Assembly: GCA_963707165.1 (NCBI GenBank)
Contig: CAVPPO010000001.1
Coordinates: 38,412-102,411, forward strand
Reading direction: 5' to 3'
DNA length: 64,000 nucleotides
Source: an uncultured Acidobacteriota bacterium
GTDB taxonomy: Bacteria; Acidobacteriota; Terriglobia; Acidiferrales; UBA7541
Shown here: one piece after another, positions 10,137-19,149 of the stretch
Numbering within the stretch: the stretch's first letter is position 1
Layout: every line of letters begins with the position of its first letter
Made by a program: the position numbers and the translations under genes
The notes under the pieces: generated by a model
The model's input: the letters and a program-made list of their open reading frames with translations, nothing else
Told to the model about the DNA's origin: nothing
Databases searched by the model: none

Positions 10137-11153
10137 CTACTGCGAGGCGTGTTCCAACTTCTGCAGCTTCGCTTTCGCTTCTTTGTTCCCCGGTTCAAGT
10201 TCCAGCGCGGCTCGATATTGCTCGGCGGCCTGCTGCCGTTTCCCTTCCTGCTCGTAGAGACGCCCCAGCCAATCGCGCGCTGAAGCATGCGATGGCCAAT
10301 CGCTGCGTTCCGGCGTGTTCGCGAGGTAAGCCTTCAACAGCGGCTCCGCGGTGCTCGCCTGCGAGCCGGTAAGAATGCGCTCGATGGCGCGATAGTACCC
10401 GATGCGCGCGTCTCCCGGCTTCACCTTCTCAGCCGCCTGTATGGCAGAATCCATCTCCGCGCCGCGCCCGAGTTCCAGGTAATAATCGGCAACCTCGAAA
10501 TACGGCTCGACGCGATCCACCTTCGATTCCAGAACCAGCCGATACTCATTCTCGGCCAACTCATTCTTCTTCAGCACCCCACGATAAAACGCCGCGTGGG
10601 CGAGATGCCCTTCCACCGGATCGACAGCGGCAATCGCATCGGCCTGCTCGCGCGCGGAATCTTTATTGCCACCCACTATCCAGGGCGCTTCGATATTGAA
10701 TTCTTCCAGGGCGCGTCGGGCCTGGAGATTTGAAGGATTCAGCCGCACCGCCTCTTCAAATTCTTTCTTCACCTTCCGCGCCAACGAGAAACTGTGTTCG
10801 CGGTCGGCCTGCTCGCCGTAAGCCCGCGCAAGCCATTGATGGTAGAGCGAGTTCTTTGGGTCTATCTGCGTGGCGCGCTCGGCGTGGGTGGCGGCATTAT
10901 TGAAATCCTTCATTTCGTAATAGGCCCGCGCCATCCAAAATTGCGCTTCCCCATCGTTGGGATTCCGCGCCACGGCGTTACCCAGTGTATTCACCGCGGC
11001 TGAATAGTTGCCCAGTTCGATCTGGTGGCGGGCCTGCGTCACATCCGGGTTCGAGTCGGCAATAACGCGATTGGGAACCGTAATTGCGAGCGACACTGCA
11101 CACACGCATACGGTCCACATAGACACAGGACTGAAGAACGAGTAGCGGGTCAT
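10137..11153 (-). CDS. TPR-repeat protein with N-terminal signal/anchor
   Basis: Track ORF runs to 11351. Met at 11153 (MTRYSFFSPVSMWTVCVCAVSLAI) lies 10 nt downstream of the preceding gene's stop. Repeated TPR-like units (AxxxYxxAlxxxPxn). Confidence 0.8.
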   Translation of the reverse strand: MTRYSFFSPVSMWTVCVCAVSLAITVPNRVIADSNPDVTQARHQIELGNYSAAVNTLGNAVARNPNDGEAQFWMARAYYEMKDFNNAATHAERATQIDPKNSLYHQWLARAYGEQADREHSFSLARKVKKEFEEAVRLNPSNLQARRALEEFNIEAPWIVGGNKDSAREQADAIAAVDPVEGHLAHAAFYRGVLKKNELAENEYRLVLESKVDRVEPYFEVADYYLELGRGAEMDSAIQAAEKVKPGDARIGYYRAIERILTGSQASTAEPLLKAYLANTPERSDWPSHASARDWLGRLYEQEGKRQQAAEQYRAALELEPGNKEAKAKLQKLEHASQ

Positions 11154-11163
11154 TGAGGCCCTC

Positions 11164-12420
11164 TCATTTTGCATCCGCGGCGCGGACGACCATCCCATCC
11201 TTGAGGTCGGTTTCTCCCGGAATGGCGACGCGGTCGCCTTCCGAGAGGCCGGAGAGGACCTCGTATTTTGAAGCACTGGCGATCCCAACAGAAATGTCAC
11301 GGCGGCGCAGACGCCCTTCCTCGAGCCGGAATACATATCGTTCGGTGCCATCGGCTCGGACTGCGGCGCGCGAGACGGCGAGCACGTTTGACCGCTCGCG
11401 CACGAGGATGCGCACTTCGACGTTCACGTTCGGCAGCAGCTCGAGCTTGTCGTTATCCACCGAACAGAGCACTTCGCCGACGCTGCGATTTCCGTGTGCC
11501 ACCACTTGCTTCGGAATCTGCAACGTTTGTCCAGTCCACTCGCGGTTCGGCATCGCATCCCAGGTGATATGCACTACTTGATCCGGAGCGAGCCACCCAA
11601 GATCGGGCTCATCCACGAACGCGCGCACCTGGACTTTGTGCAGATCCGCCATGTCGGCGATTTCCTGGCCGATAGTGACGTAGTCGCCGCGGCGGACGGA
11701 AAGCGAATATAGCGTGCCGTCCACGGGAGACGTGATCGTCGAAGAGCGAACCTTCTCGTCGAGCGCGCGAGCGAGCGCCTCGTCCTGATCTACGCGCAGC
11801 GTGAGTCGATCGACATCGAGTGACGCGCGATGCGTCAAATCATCTTTCTTCTGCTGCAGCGTTTGAAGGGTTGCGCGGGCTGTCGCCAGATCGAGCGCGT
11901 TCTTGTCAATTTCCGCCTGCGTGGCCGCCTGCTTGGCGAAAAGTTGTTGCAACGCCTGCCGGGTCTGCTCGAGATTCGCCACTTGCGCTTGAGTCTTGTG
12001 GAGGTCGCCGTCCAGTTGCGCCACTTCGCTCGGCGGGCCGCCCGCTCGCGCATTGCGCAAATCCGACTGGGCCGTGAGCAAGTCCGCGCGCGCCGAAGCA
12101 AGCTGCGCCTGCGCATCGCTCGAGTCGAGCGTGAGAATTCGCTGGCCTTTGCGAACCGGCTGGCCTTCGCTGGCATCGACGCTGGAGACAAACGAGGCGA
12201 TCTGCGCGCGCACGACATACGCGTTGACGGGCTCGACTTTCCCGTTGCTGGCGATCGCCGCGTTCAATTTATCGCGCGATACCTGCACCACTTGCACTTC
12301 CGGCGTGCCGCCCCGGCCGGCCAGCCCGATGAACAACACCACGGCCAACACCAGTGCGCCGCCGCCCCAGACCCAGCCACGGCCCTTCCCAGGCTCCGAA
12401 TTGCCGTTTCGATTGTTCAT
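11164..12420 (-). CDS. HlyD/MacA-family periplasmic efflux adaptor
   Basis: 418 aa with an N-terminal TM, a lipoyl-like segment (GQPVRKGQRILTLD), a long Ala/Gln-rich coiled-coil hairpin and C-terminal beta-barrel segments. This is the typical membrane-fusion protein layout. Confidence 0.85.
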   Translation of the reverse strand: MNNRNGNSEPGKGRGWVWGGGALVLAVVLFIGLAGRGGTPEVQVVQVSRDKLNAAIASNGKVEPVNAYVVRAQIASFVSSVDASEGQPVRKGQRILTLDSSDAQAQLASARADLLTAQSDLRNARAGGPPSEVAQLDGDLHKTQAQVANLEQTRQALQQLFAKQAATQAEIDKNALDLATARATLQTLQQKKDDLTHRASLDVDRLTLRVDQDEALARALDEKVRSSTITSPVDGTLYSLSVRRGDYVTIGQEIADMADLHKVQVRAFVDEPDLGWLAPDQVVHITWDAMPNREWTGQTLQIPKQVVAHGNRSVGEVLCSVDNDKLELLPNVNVEVRILVRERSNVLAVSRAAVRADGTERYVFRLEEGRLRRRDISVGIASASKYEVLSGLSEGDRVAIPGETDLKDGMVVRAADAK

Positions 12421-12631
12421 TCCAGGGTGCTTCTTGCGATGTCATCGAATTGTAGCATCGCACATCGCGAATTGACTACGAAGCTCGCCACAATGGAGCT
12501 AAACGTACCCCTATTAACAAGATGCCCACCACCTCGGCCGAGATGCCAATTAAATCAGCCACTTGCGCGGTGCCTGCGGTCCTGGCGTGCGAGCAGCGCC
12601 GACTTTGCGGCCTCCGTGGTAAAATGCGCGC

Positions 12632-12790
12632 ATGAGCGAAGCACACACTTCTCCGGCAACCGCCGATACCAAGCCAGACGCCAAGCCGAAACCCAAGATT
12701 CACCGCGTCTGCATCGGCTGCAACAATATGTTCGAGGTCACTCTCGACAACTACGAAGCCAAGCACTGCCCTGTCTGCCACAAAGGCTAA
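12632..12790 (+). CDS. Small zinc-ribbon protein (52 aa), not in the ORF track
   Basis: My own translation gives MSEAHTSPATADTKPDAKPKPKIHRVCIGCNNMFEVTLDNYEAKHCPVCHKG, with CxxC...CxxC. It ends 9 nt before the yjbQ-like gene. TAAAAT lies at 12620-12625. Confidence 0.5.
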   Translation: MSEAHTSPATADTKPDAKPKPKIHRVCIGCNNMFEVTLDNYEAKHCPVCHKG

Positions 12791-12799
12791 CCGCACCGC

Positions 12800-13213
12800 A
12801 TGAAGATTTACAACGAGCAGCTCACGCTTCAGACGCAGGGCAAGCGCGAATTCGTGAACATCACCCCGCAAGTGAAAGCCGCGATGGAGAAAAGCAGTTT
12901 CCGTGACGGCATCATCCTGGTTTCCGTTCTGCATTCCAACGCGGCGATCATCGTGAACGACGACGAGGCTGGCCTGCTCGAAGACTTGCAATACTGGCTC
13001 GATCAGGTCGCGCCGGAGCGCGAGGACTACAAGCATCGCGGGCGCTTCGAGAGCAATACCGGAATCCATCTGCAAAGCCTGCTCCTGCATCATCAAGTCA
13101 TCGTGTCGTTTTCCGAGGGGCGGCTTGACCTCGGGCCATGGCAATTCGTACTGTTTGCGGAATTGGATGGCCAGCGCCCGAAGCGAATCACCATCAAGGT
13201 GATGGGGGAATAG
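12800..13213 (+). CDS. yjbQ: YjbQ/UPF0047-family protein (secondary thiamine-phosphate synthase-like)
   Basis: 137 aa. FVNITPQV...GIILVSVLHSNAAIIVNDDE...DLGPWQFVLFAELDGQRPKRI matches the conserved YjbQ family pattern. Confidence 0.85.
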   Translation: MKIYNEQLTLQTQGKREFVNITPQVKAAMEKSSFRDGIILVSVLHSNAAIIVNDDEAGLLEDLQYWLDQVAPEREDYKHRGRFESNTGIHLQSLLLHHQVIVSFSEGRLDLGPWQFVLFAELDGQRPKRITIKVMGE

Positions 13214-13339
13214 AGCAGTCAGCGTCCGAATTTCGATCCCCCCACGAAATTCCGATCGCGACCTGTGCGTAGTATTGATTGCCCGTACCACTTTTGCGCT
13301 TCTCTCAATCCACTAAAGCGCGAAGAATAGAGTTCGTAG

Positions 13340-14080
13340 ATGATCCAAGCGCAAAAACTAAGCAAGGTCTTCCCGGCCACAAAGAAAACAAAAGAAGTGC
13401 GCGCGGTCAACGCCATCAGCTTCGAATGCAAGCCGGGGCAGATTTACGGCCTTCTCGGCGCCAACGGTGCGGGCAAAACCACTACGCTGCGTATTCTCGC
13501 CACAATTCTCGAACCGACATCGGGGACGGCCAAAGTTGCGGGGTATGACATCGTCGAGGAGCCCGAGAAAGTTCGCGAAAATGTCGGCTTTCTCTCCACG
13601 TCCACCGCGCTCTACGGCCGCCTCACCGCGCGGGAGTTGGTGGAATATTTCGGGCGTCTTCATGGCATGGACGGCGACTCTCTTCACAAATCCGTGGAGA
13701 CGCTCTTCGCGGCGCTCGATATGAACGGCTTCCGCGACCGGCGCTGCGAGAAACTCTCGACCGGCATGAAGCAGAAAGTTTCCATCGCCCGGACGCTCGT
13801 TCACGATCCCCCAGTCATGATCTTCGATGAGCCGACCGTGGGCCTCGACGTGATGGCCGCGCGCGCCATCGCGCAATTCATCCGCCAGTGCCGCGAGCGC
13901 GGCAAAACCGTGATTTTTTCCACGCACGTTATGTCCGAAGCGACAAAGCTATGCGACAGGATTGGTATCATCCACGGCGGAAACATTCTCGAAGAGGGCA
14001 CGCTCGAGGAGCTGCGCGCGCGGCACGCCAAGCAGGATCTGGAAGATATTTTCGTCGAAGTCGTAGGAGATGAACAATGA
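13340..14080 (+). CDS. ABC transporter ATP-binding protein (ABC-2/NatA-like)
   Basis: Walker A GANGAGKTT, signature LSTGMKQK, Walker B VMIFDEPT. It overlaps the next gene by 4 nt. Confidence 0.9.
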   Translation: MIQAQKLSKVFPATKKTKEVRAVNAISFECKPGQIYGLLGANGAGKTTTLRILATILEPTSGTAKVAGYDIVEEPEKVRENVGFLSTSTALYGRLTARELVEYFGRLHGMDGDSLHKSVETLFAALDMNGFRDRRCEKLSTGMKQKVSIARTLVHDPPVMIFDEPTVGLDVMAARAIAQFIRQCRERGKTVIFSTHVMSEATKLCDRIGIIHGGNILEEGTLEELRARHAKQDLEDIFVEVVGDEQ

Positions 14081-15285
14081 GCTTGCGCAATATTGGAGTC
14101 GTCTATCGCAAGGAGTTGGTGGATTCGCTGCGGGATCGCCGCACTGTGATCTCGATGTTCGTGATTCCGATTCTGCTCTTCCCCGCCCTGAGCGTGGGCC
14201 TGGGCTTGCTCGGCGCAAGCATGATGAACAAAGCCAAAGAGGAAATCCCCCGCGTCATGATCGTCGGCGGGCAGGATTCGCCGCGAATCGTCGAGGCCCT
14301 CAAGAAGAGCGATAAGTTTCAGATCGTCCCTGAGTCGCCGGACTTCGAAACTCAGATTACCGACCGGAAGATTCGTGTGGCCGTTGTAATCCCACCCGGC
14401 TTCGATGCCGCCGCGAATCAAGGCGAAGCCGGCAAAGTTTTGGTGGACTACTATGAAGGCGATATCAAATCTGAGCTTACGCAAGATACAGTTCGTGAGT
14501 TTCTCGGTGACTACCGCGGTGAGTTGGCCCGGTCCCTCTTGAGCGCCCGCAACGTGCCCAAAGGCCTGATGCGGCCCTTTGAGGTCAGCAAAAACAATGT
14601 GGCGCCGCCTGAGAAAGTCGGCGGCAGCGGCTTCGGCGGCATGGTTCCTTACTTCGTAATCATTCTCGCCTTCACCGGCGCCATGTATCCGGCCATGGAT
14701 CTCACCGCTGGCGAAAAAGAGCGCGGAACGATGGAGACGATCTTGACCAGCCCGGTTTCGCGCACTGATCTGGTGCTCGGAAAATTCTTCACCGTCGTCA
14801 CAGCGTCACTGGCGACCGCGATCCTCGCCCTCACTTCCATGGGCATTTCCTTCATGCTGGCCAAGAGCACAATCGACAAGGCTCTTGCGAAGGGCGAACC
14901 TGGATTTCATTTCGCTCTCGACCCGCGCGGCGTTCTCGCCGTATTTGTGATGATCTTGCCGCTCTCCGTGCTCTTCTCTGCAGCCATGCTAGCGGTATCG
15001 CTTTTTGCCAAGAGTTTTCGCGAGGCGCAAACATACATCTCTCCGCTAACGTTCGTGGTGATCATGCCCGCGATCGTCGCGCTGCTCCCGGGCGTCGAGC
15101 TGAATACGCGCACAGCCCTGGTGCCGATCCTGAGCACAACGCTGGTCGGAAAGGAATTAATGGCCGGCAATCATCCGTGGGGCTTCATCGCGCTGATCTT
15201 CGCATCGTCCTGCGTTTACGCTTCGCTGGCCATCGCGGCGGCCGTGACGATGTTCAATCGCGAATCGGTCCTGTTCCGTTCCTAA
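14077..15285 (+). CDS. ABC-2 family permease (NatB-like)
   Basis: 402 aa with an N-terminal TM, a large extracytoplasmic loop and a C-terminal cluster of about 5 TM segments. Translationally coupled to the preceding ATPase. Confidence 0.8.
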   Translation: MSLRNIGVVYRKELVDSLRDRRTVISMFVIPILLFPALSVGLGLLGASMMNKAKEEIPRVMIVGGQDSPRIVEALKKSDKFQIVPESPDFETQITDRKIRVAVVIPPGFDAAANQGEAGKVLVDYYEGDIKSELTQDTVREFLGDYRGELARSLLSARNVPKGLMRPFEVSKNNVAPPEKVGGSGFGGMVPYFVIILAFTGAMYPAMDLTAGEKERGTMETILTSPVSRTDLVLGKFFTVVTASLATAILALTSMGISFMLAKSTIDKALAKGEPGFHFALDPRGVLAVFVMILPLSVLFSAAMLAVSLFAKSFREAQTYISPLTFVVIMPAIVALLPGVELNTRTALVPILSTTLVGKELMAGNHPWGFIALIFASSCVYASLAIAAAVTMFNRESVLFRS

Positions 15286-15390
15286 CCACGCGGCGCCTCC
15301 GGCGTCTAAATGGTAGTCGACTTCTGCGGCGTCGAGGCGCCCCGCGCGCTTTCGCAGCCTTCCGCAATGTAGAATAGTCGCTGACAATCG

Positions 15391-16449
15391 ATGCCTCAGC
15401 CTCTGATCCAAGTTACCGATCTCTCCAAGCATTTCCGCACATTCCATCGCCGCGAAGGAATCTGGGGCGGCCTGCAGAATCTTTTCGTCCGCGAATATAG
15501 GACCATCAAGGCGGTGGACCGCGTCAATCTCTCCATCGACCGCGGCGAAATGGTCGGCTACATCGGCCCGAACGGCGCCGGAAAATCCACCAGCATCAAG
15601 ATGCTCACCGGCATCCTGGTCCCGACATCCGGCGAAGCCATCGTGAACGGCTTCCTGCCCTACCGCCAGCGGCGCCAATATGTTCGCACCATTGGCGTCG
15701 TCTTCGGCCAGCGCACGCAGCTCTGGTGGGATATCGCGGTGATCGAATCATTCAAGCTGCTGCGGCGCATTTATGACGTATCGCAGAAAGATTTCGACGC
15801 GCGCATGGAAATGTTTGACCAGATCCTTGGGATCAAGGATTACCTCTACACGCCGGTGCGAAAGCTCTCGCTCGGCGAGCGCATGCGTTGCGATCTGGCC
15901 GCGGCGCTGCTGCATAATCCGCCGCTGCTGTTCCTCGACGAGCCCACCATCGGTCTCGACGTCGTCGCCAAGCACCACATCCGCGAATTTCTGCGCGCCA
16001 TCAATCGCCAGTTTCAAACCACGGTGCTGCTCACCACGCACGACCTCGACGACATCGAGGAACTCTGCCGCCGGATCGTCATCATTGATCACGGCACCGT
16101 CCTCTTCGACGGCGATCTCCAACTCCTGAAGCAACGCTTGCTGCGCACCAAGCAAATTAAATTTGCGCTGAAGGATCGCGCCCAAGCCTCGAGCCTCGAG
16201 CGGTTCGCCGGCAATGGCGCGACCCTTGAGCCAGTGGACGAGATGACATACCGCATCCGCTTTGACCGGTTGCAAGTCTCGGCCTCTGATCTCATCCGCG
16301 ATCTTCTTGCGACGGTCGAGCTCCGGGACATCGTTATTGAAGACGAGCCGATCGAGGAAATCATCAAGCGCATTTATTCCGGCGAGGCATCGCTGTTGCC
16401 TCCTGCCGCGGTTCCGGCTATCGAAGAAAGCGGGCGTGGCCGCCGATGA
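15391..16449 (+). CDS. ABC transporter ATP-binding protein with C-terminal extension (COG4586-type)
   Basis: Walker A GPNGAGKST, signature LSLGERMR, Walker B LLFLDEPT. Roughly 100-aa C-terminal extension. Confidence 0.9.
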   Translation: MPQPLIQVTDLSKHFRTFHRREGIWGGLQNLFVREYRTIKAVDRVNLSIDRGEMVGYIGPNGAGKSTSIKMLTGILVPTSGEAIVNGFLPYRQRRQYVRTIGVVFGQRTQLWWDIAVIESFKLLRRIYDVSQKDFDARMEMFDQILGIKDYLYTPVRKLSLGERMRCDLAAALLHNPPLLFLDEPTIGLDVVAKHHIREFLRAINRQFQTTVLLTTHDLDDIEELCRRIVIIDHGTVLFDGDLQLLKQRLLRTKQIKFALKDRAQASSLERFAGNGATLEPVDEMTYRIRFDRLQVSASDLIRDLLATVELRDIVIEDEPIEEIIKRIYSGEASLLPPAAVPAIEESGRGRR

Positions 16450-17246
16450 ACTCGCTCGCGGCATATCTCGAATTCGCCCGCGTCGGCTTCGTGAATATTC
16501 TCGCTTTCCGACTGCGGTACTACACGGGAATCATCACTTACCTCATCAACGTCAGCGTCTACTATTTCATCTGGCGCGCCGTCTTTGCGAACAGCGAACA
16601 GATCGTCGGCTACAACCTGGGGCAGATGGTGACCTACGTCAGCGTGGGCTGGATTCTGCGCTCGTTTTATTGGAACACCATCGATCAGGAAATGGCCTAC
16701 GAAGTGATCGAAGGCAAGATCGCGATGGATTTGATTAAGCCGGTCTCGGTGTTGTGGATGTGGTTCAGCCGCGCGATGGGGGAATCCGCCTTTCGCCTCG
16801 GACTGCTGACGCTGCCGACAGCTATCGTCGTCGCGCTCGTTTTCCCGGTGCAGGGTCCCGCGTCTTCGCTCAACTTCGCGCTGTTTTTCATCGGCGCTCT
16901 TGGGAGCTTTGCGCTGATGGCCGCAATCAACTTCATGATCGGCACGTGCGCCATCCCGTTGAAATCGATCCTCGCGCTGATTCGCGCCAAATACTGGCTG
17001 ATCGAATTGCTCTCCGGGCTTCTTATCCCGATTTCGTTCTTCCCGCATCGCTTGCAAATCATTCTGGATTGGCTCCCCTTCGAGCACATCGCCTATACGC
17101 CGCTGCAGATTTATCTCGGCAAACTCGACGCGCACGCCGCGGCGTTTGCCCTTGCGAAGCAGTGGATCTGGATCATCGTCCTGTTCAAGCTGGCTGACGC
17201 GTGGTGGAATCGCGCGGTAAAGAAGATCACCATTCAAGGCGGATGA
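16446..17246 (+). CDS. ABC-2 family permease (DUF990/COG4587-type)
   Basis: 266 aa, multi-TM, with a 4-nt overlap with the ATPase gene. This is the typical three-gene module of one ATPase plus two permeases. Confidence 0.8.
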   Translation: MNSLAAYLEFARVGFVNILAFRLRYYTGIITYLINVSVYYFIWRAVFANSEQIVGYNLGQMVTYVSVGWILRSFYWNTIDQEMAYEVIEGKIAMDLIKPVSVLWMWFSRAMGESAFRLGLLTLPTAIVVALVFPVQGPASSLNFALFFIGALGSFALMAAINFMIGTCAIPLKSILALIRAKYWLIELLSGLLIPISFFPHRLQIILDWLPFEHIAYTPLQIYLGKLDAHAAAFALAKQWIWIIVLFKLADAWWNRAVKKITIQGG

Positions 17247-17247
17247 G

Positions 17248-18093
17248 TTGAGCGCACAAACCATCGCGCCACCGGCCGCTCGGAGCGGGATTTTCCGCGA
17301 GATCCACCGGCATGTCGCGCTTCTCTCCGCCTATTTCTCGCAGTACGCGAAAGTTCGCGTAAGCTATCGCGGAGATTTTTTCATCAGCCTCGCCACGAGT
17401 TTTGCCGCGACGCTTTTCTCGCTCGGCTTCGTCGTCATTCTTTTCGAGAAGGCGCCTCTGTTGAAAGGCTGGCGATTCGAGGAAGTCCTCTTCCTCTACG
17501 GCTTCTCGCTGATTCCGTATGGACTTTTCAACGTCCTTAGCCTCAACCTCTACGACTTCGGCAACAACTACATTATGGAAGGAAAGTTCGACCGCGTCCT
17601 TCTCCGCCCGATTTCATCTCTGTTCCAAGTCCTGTTTGAAGTTTTCCGCATCGAGTCTCTGCAGGAAATTGTGACCGGATCGGTGGTGGTATGGTATGCA
17701 GCACGACATCTTCACATTCACTGGACCGTGTTCGATCTCACGATGCTGTTCATCTGGGCGCTCTCGGGCGGCGTGATCTATGTTTCAGTGTTTCTGTTCC
17801 TCAGCACGTTTTCTTTCTGGTTCGAAGACCGCATCGGCATCCACCCGCCATTCTGGAATCTGATCGCCTTCGGCCGCTATCCCCTCTCGATTTACAGCGG
17901 CTTCATTCAATTTCTGCTCAGCTGGATCATCCCATTCGGTTTCGCGTCGTTTTATCCCACGGCGTGGTTGCTGCGCCGCGCGCAATTCGCGCGCTATACG
18001 CCGCTCGCTCCGCTGGTGGCCGCCGCGTGTCTCACAATCGCGATCCTCGCCTGGAATTTCGGCTCCCGCCGCTACACGTCCACGGGCTCGTAG
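17248..18093 (+). CDS. ABC-2 family permease (COG3694-type), TTG start
   Basis: 281 aa, multi-TM. It starts 1 nt after the stop of the preceding permease. Confidence 0.8.
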   Translation: MSAQTIAPPAARSGIFREIHRHVALLSAYFSQYAKVRVSYRGDFFISLATSFAATLFSLGFVVILFEKAPLLKGWRFEEVLFLYGFSLIPYGLFNVLSLNLYDFGNNYIMEGKFDRVLLRPISSLFQVLFEVFRIESLQEIVTGSVVVWYAARHLHIHWTVFDLTMLFIWALSGGVIYVSVFLFLSTFSFWFEDRIGIHPPFWNLIAFGRYPLSIYSGFIQFLLSWIIPFGFASFYPTAWLLRRAQFARYTPLAPLVAAACLTIAILAWNFGSRRYTSTGS

Positions 18094-18156
18094 AAAGTTC
18101 TGCTTCCGCGCGCGCTCGTCCGCCAATGAAACATCTCATCCAGCGAGCGCGTACCA

Positions 18157-19149
18157 TTGATAGTAATGAACACGATAACTAAGCGCGTTGCTCTCGTCTT
18201 CGCCGCTATCGCCTTCGTGCTGACCAGCTCAGCGGCCGTCGGCACCGCACTCGGCAGCGGCATTCTCCATCCGTACTGTAAGCCCGTCACGGCAGACAAC
18301 ATTGCCGCAGCCGATCGTGCATTCGCCGAGATTCACGCCACGCGCACCGATTTCGAGGTCTCAGCGGCCGATGGCGCGAAGCTCCGCGGATGGAAAGTAC
18401 GCGCGGAAAAGCCGAATGGCGACTGGGTGGTTATCTTGCATGGCGTCGGGGACAATCGCTGCAGCCAGACGGGCTACGCGAGATTCATGCTCGCAAGCGG
18501 CTATGACGTTGTCATGATGGACTCGCGCGCACAGGGCGAGAGCGAAGGCGCGATAGCCACCTACGGCTTGATGGAACGAAACGACGCCCGCTCAATCGAC
18601 GACGCGATTCTGGCCGCCGAGCCGGTGCGCCATCTCTTCTACTTCGGTGAATCCATGGGCGGCGCCATCGCTCTGCAATCGGCTGCGGTAGATCTCCGCA
18701 TCGCGGGCGTCGTCGCAGAAGATCCCTTCAGCAATCTTCGCGAAGTCACTTTCGACTATGCGGGCCTGCAATTCAGTCCGCTGCTCGGCAAAACTCTCTT
18801 TCGCCCCGCGGCGATTGTGGCTCTTTCACAAGCCGAAAAGGAGGGCGGATTCAAGGCGGCAGATGTCTCGCCCGAAGATGCCGTGGCGGCTCGCCCATTC
18901 CCCATGCTGCTAATCTGCGGAACTGAGGATCACAAGATTCCCTGCCGCCACGCGCGCCGGATTTTTCGCCATGCAATCGGGCCGAAGGAACTATGGGTTG
19001 TGAATGGCGCCGGGCACACAATGGCCTACGGAGTCGCACGCGAGGAATTCGAAAAGCGCGTCCTTGGGTTTTTCGAGAGCGCCGCGCGAAGCGACGGCAG
19101 GCGTCCAGCTCAGCCCGGCGGGTCCGGCTCAAAAAATACCGGAAACTAG
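18157..19149 (+). CDS. Alpha/beta-fold hydrolase with signal/anchor
   Basis: HGVGDN oxyanion region, nucleophile elbow GESMGG, and a C-terminal GAGH histidine region. Confidence 0.85.
   Translation: MIVMNTITKRVALVFAAIAFVLTSSAAVGTALGSGILHPYCKPVTADNIAAADRAFAEIHATRTDFEVSAADGAKLRGWKVRAEKPNGDWVVILHGVGDNRCSQTGYARFMLASGYDVVMMDSRAQGESEGAIATYGLMERNDARSIDDAILAAEPVRHLFYFGESMGGAIALQSAAVDLRIAGVVAEDPFSNLREVTFDYAGLQFSPLLGKTLFRPAAIVALSQAEKEGGFKAADVSPEDAVAARPFPMLLICGTEDHKIPCRHARRIFRHAIGPKELWVVNGAGHTMAYGVAREEFEKRVLGFFESAARSDGRRPAQPGGSGSKNTGN

Noticed and set aside
12476-13291. 271-aa minus-strand ORF
   Set aside because: It is antisense to the well-supported yjbQ-like gene and the small zinc-ribbon ORF. It is a shadow ORF.
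16374-17264. 296-aa minus-strand ORF. The same reasoning applies to 34603..35640(-), 36849..37919(-), 27474..28676(+), 49050..50177(+), 47386..48237(+) and 53894..54898(-).
   Set aside because: All are antisense to genes with clear motifs (ABC permease, sigma-54 regulators, kinases, M50 protease) and have Arg/His/Gln-rich shadow-ORF composition.
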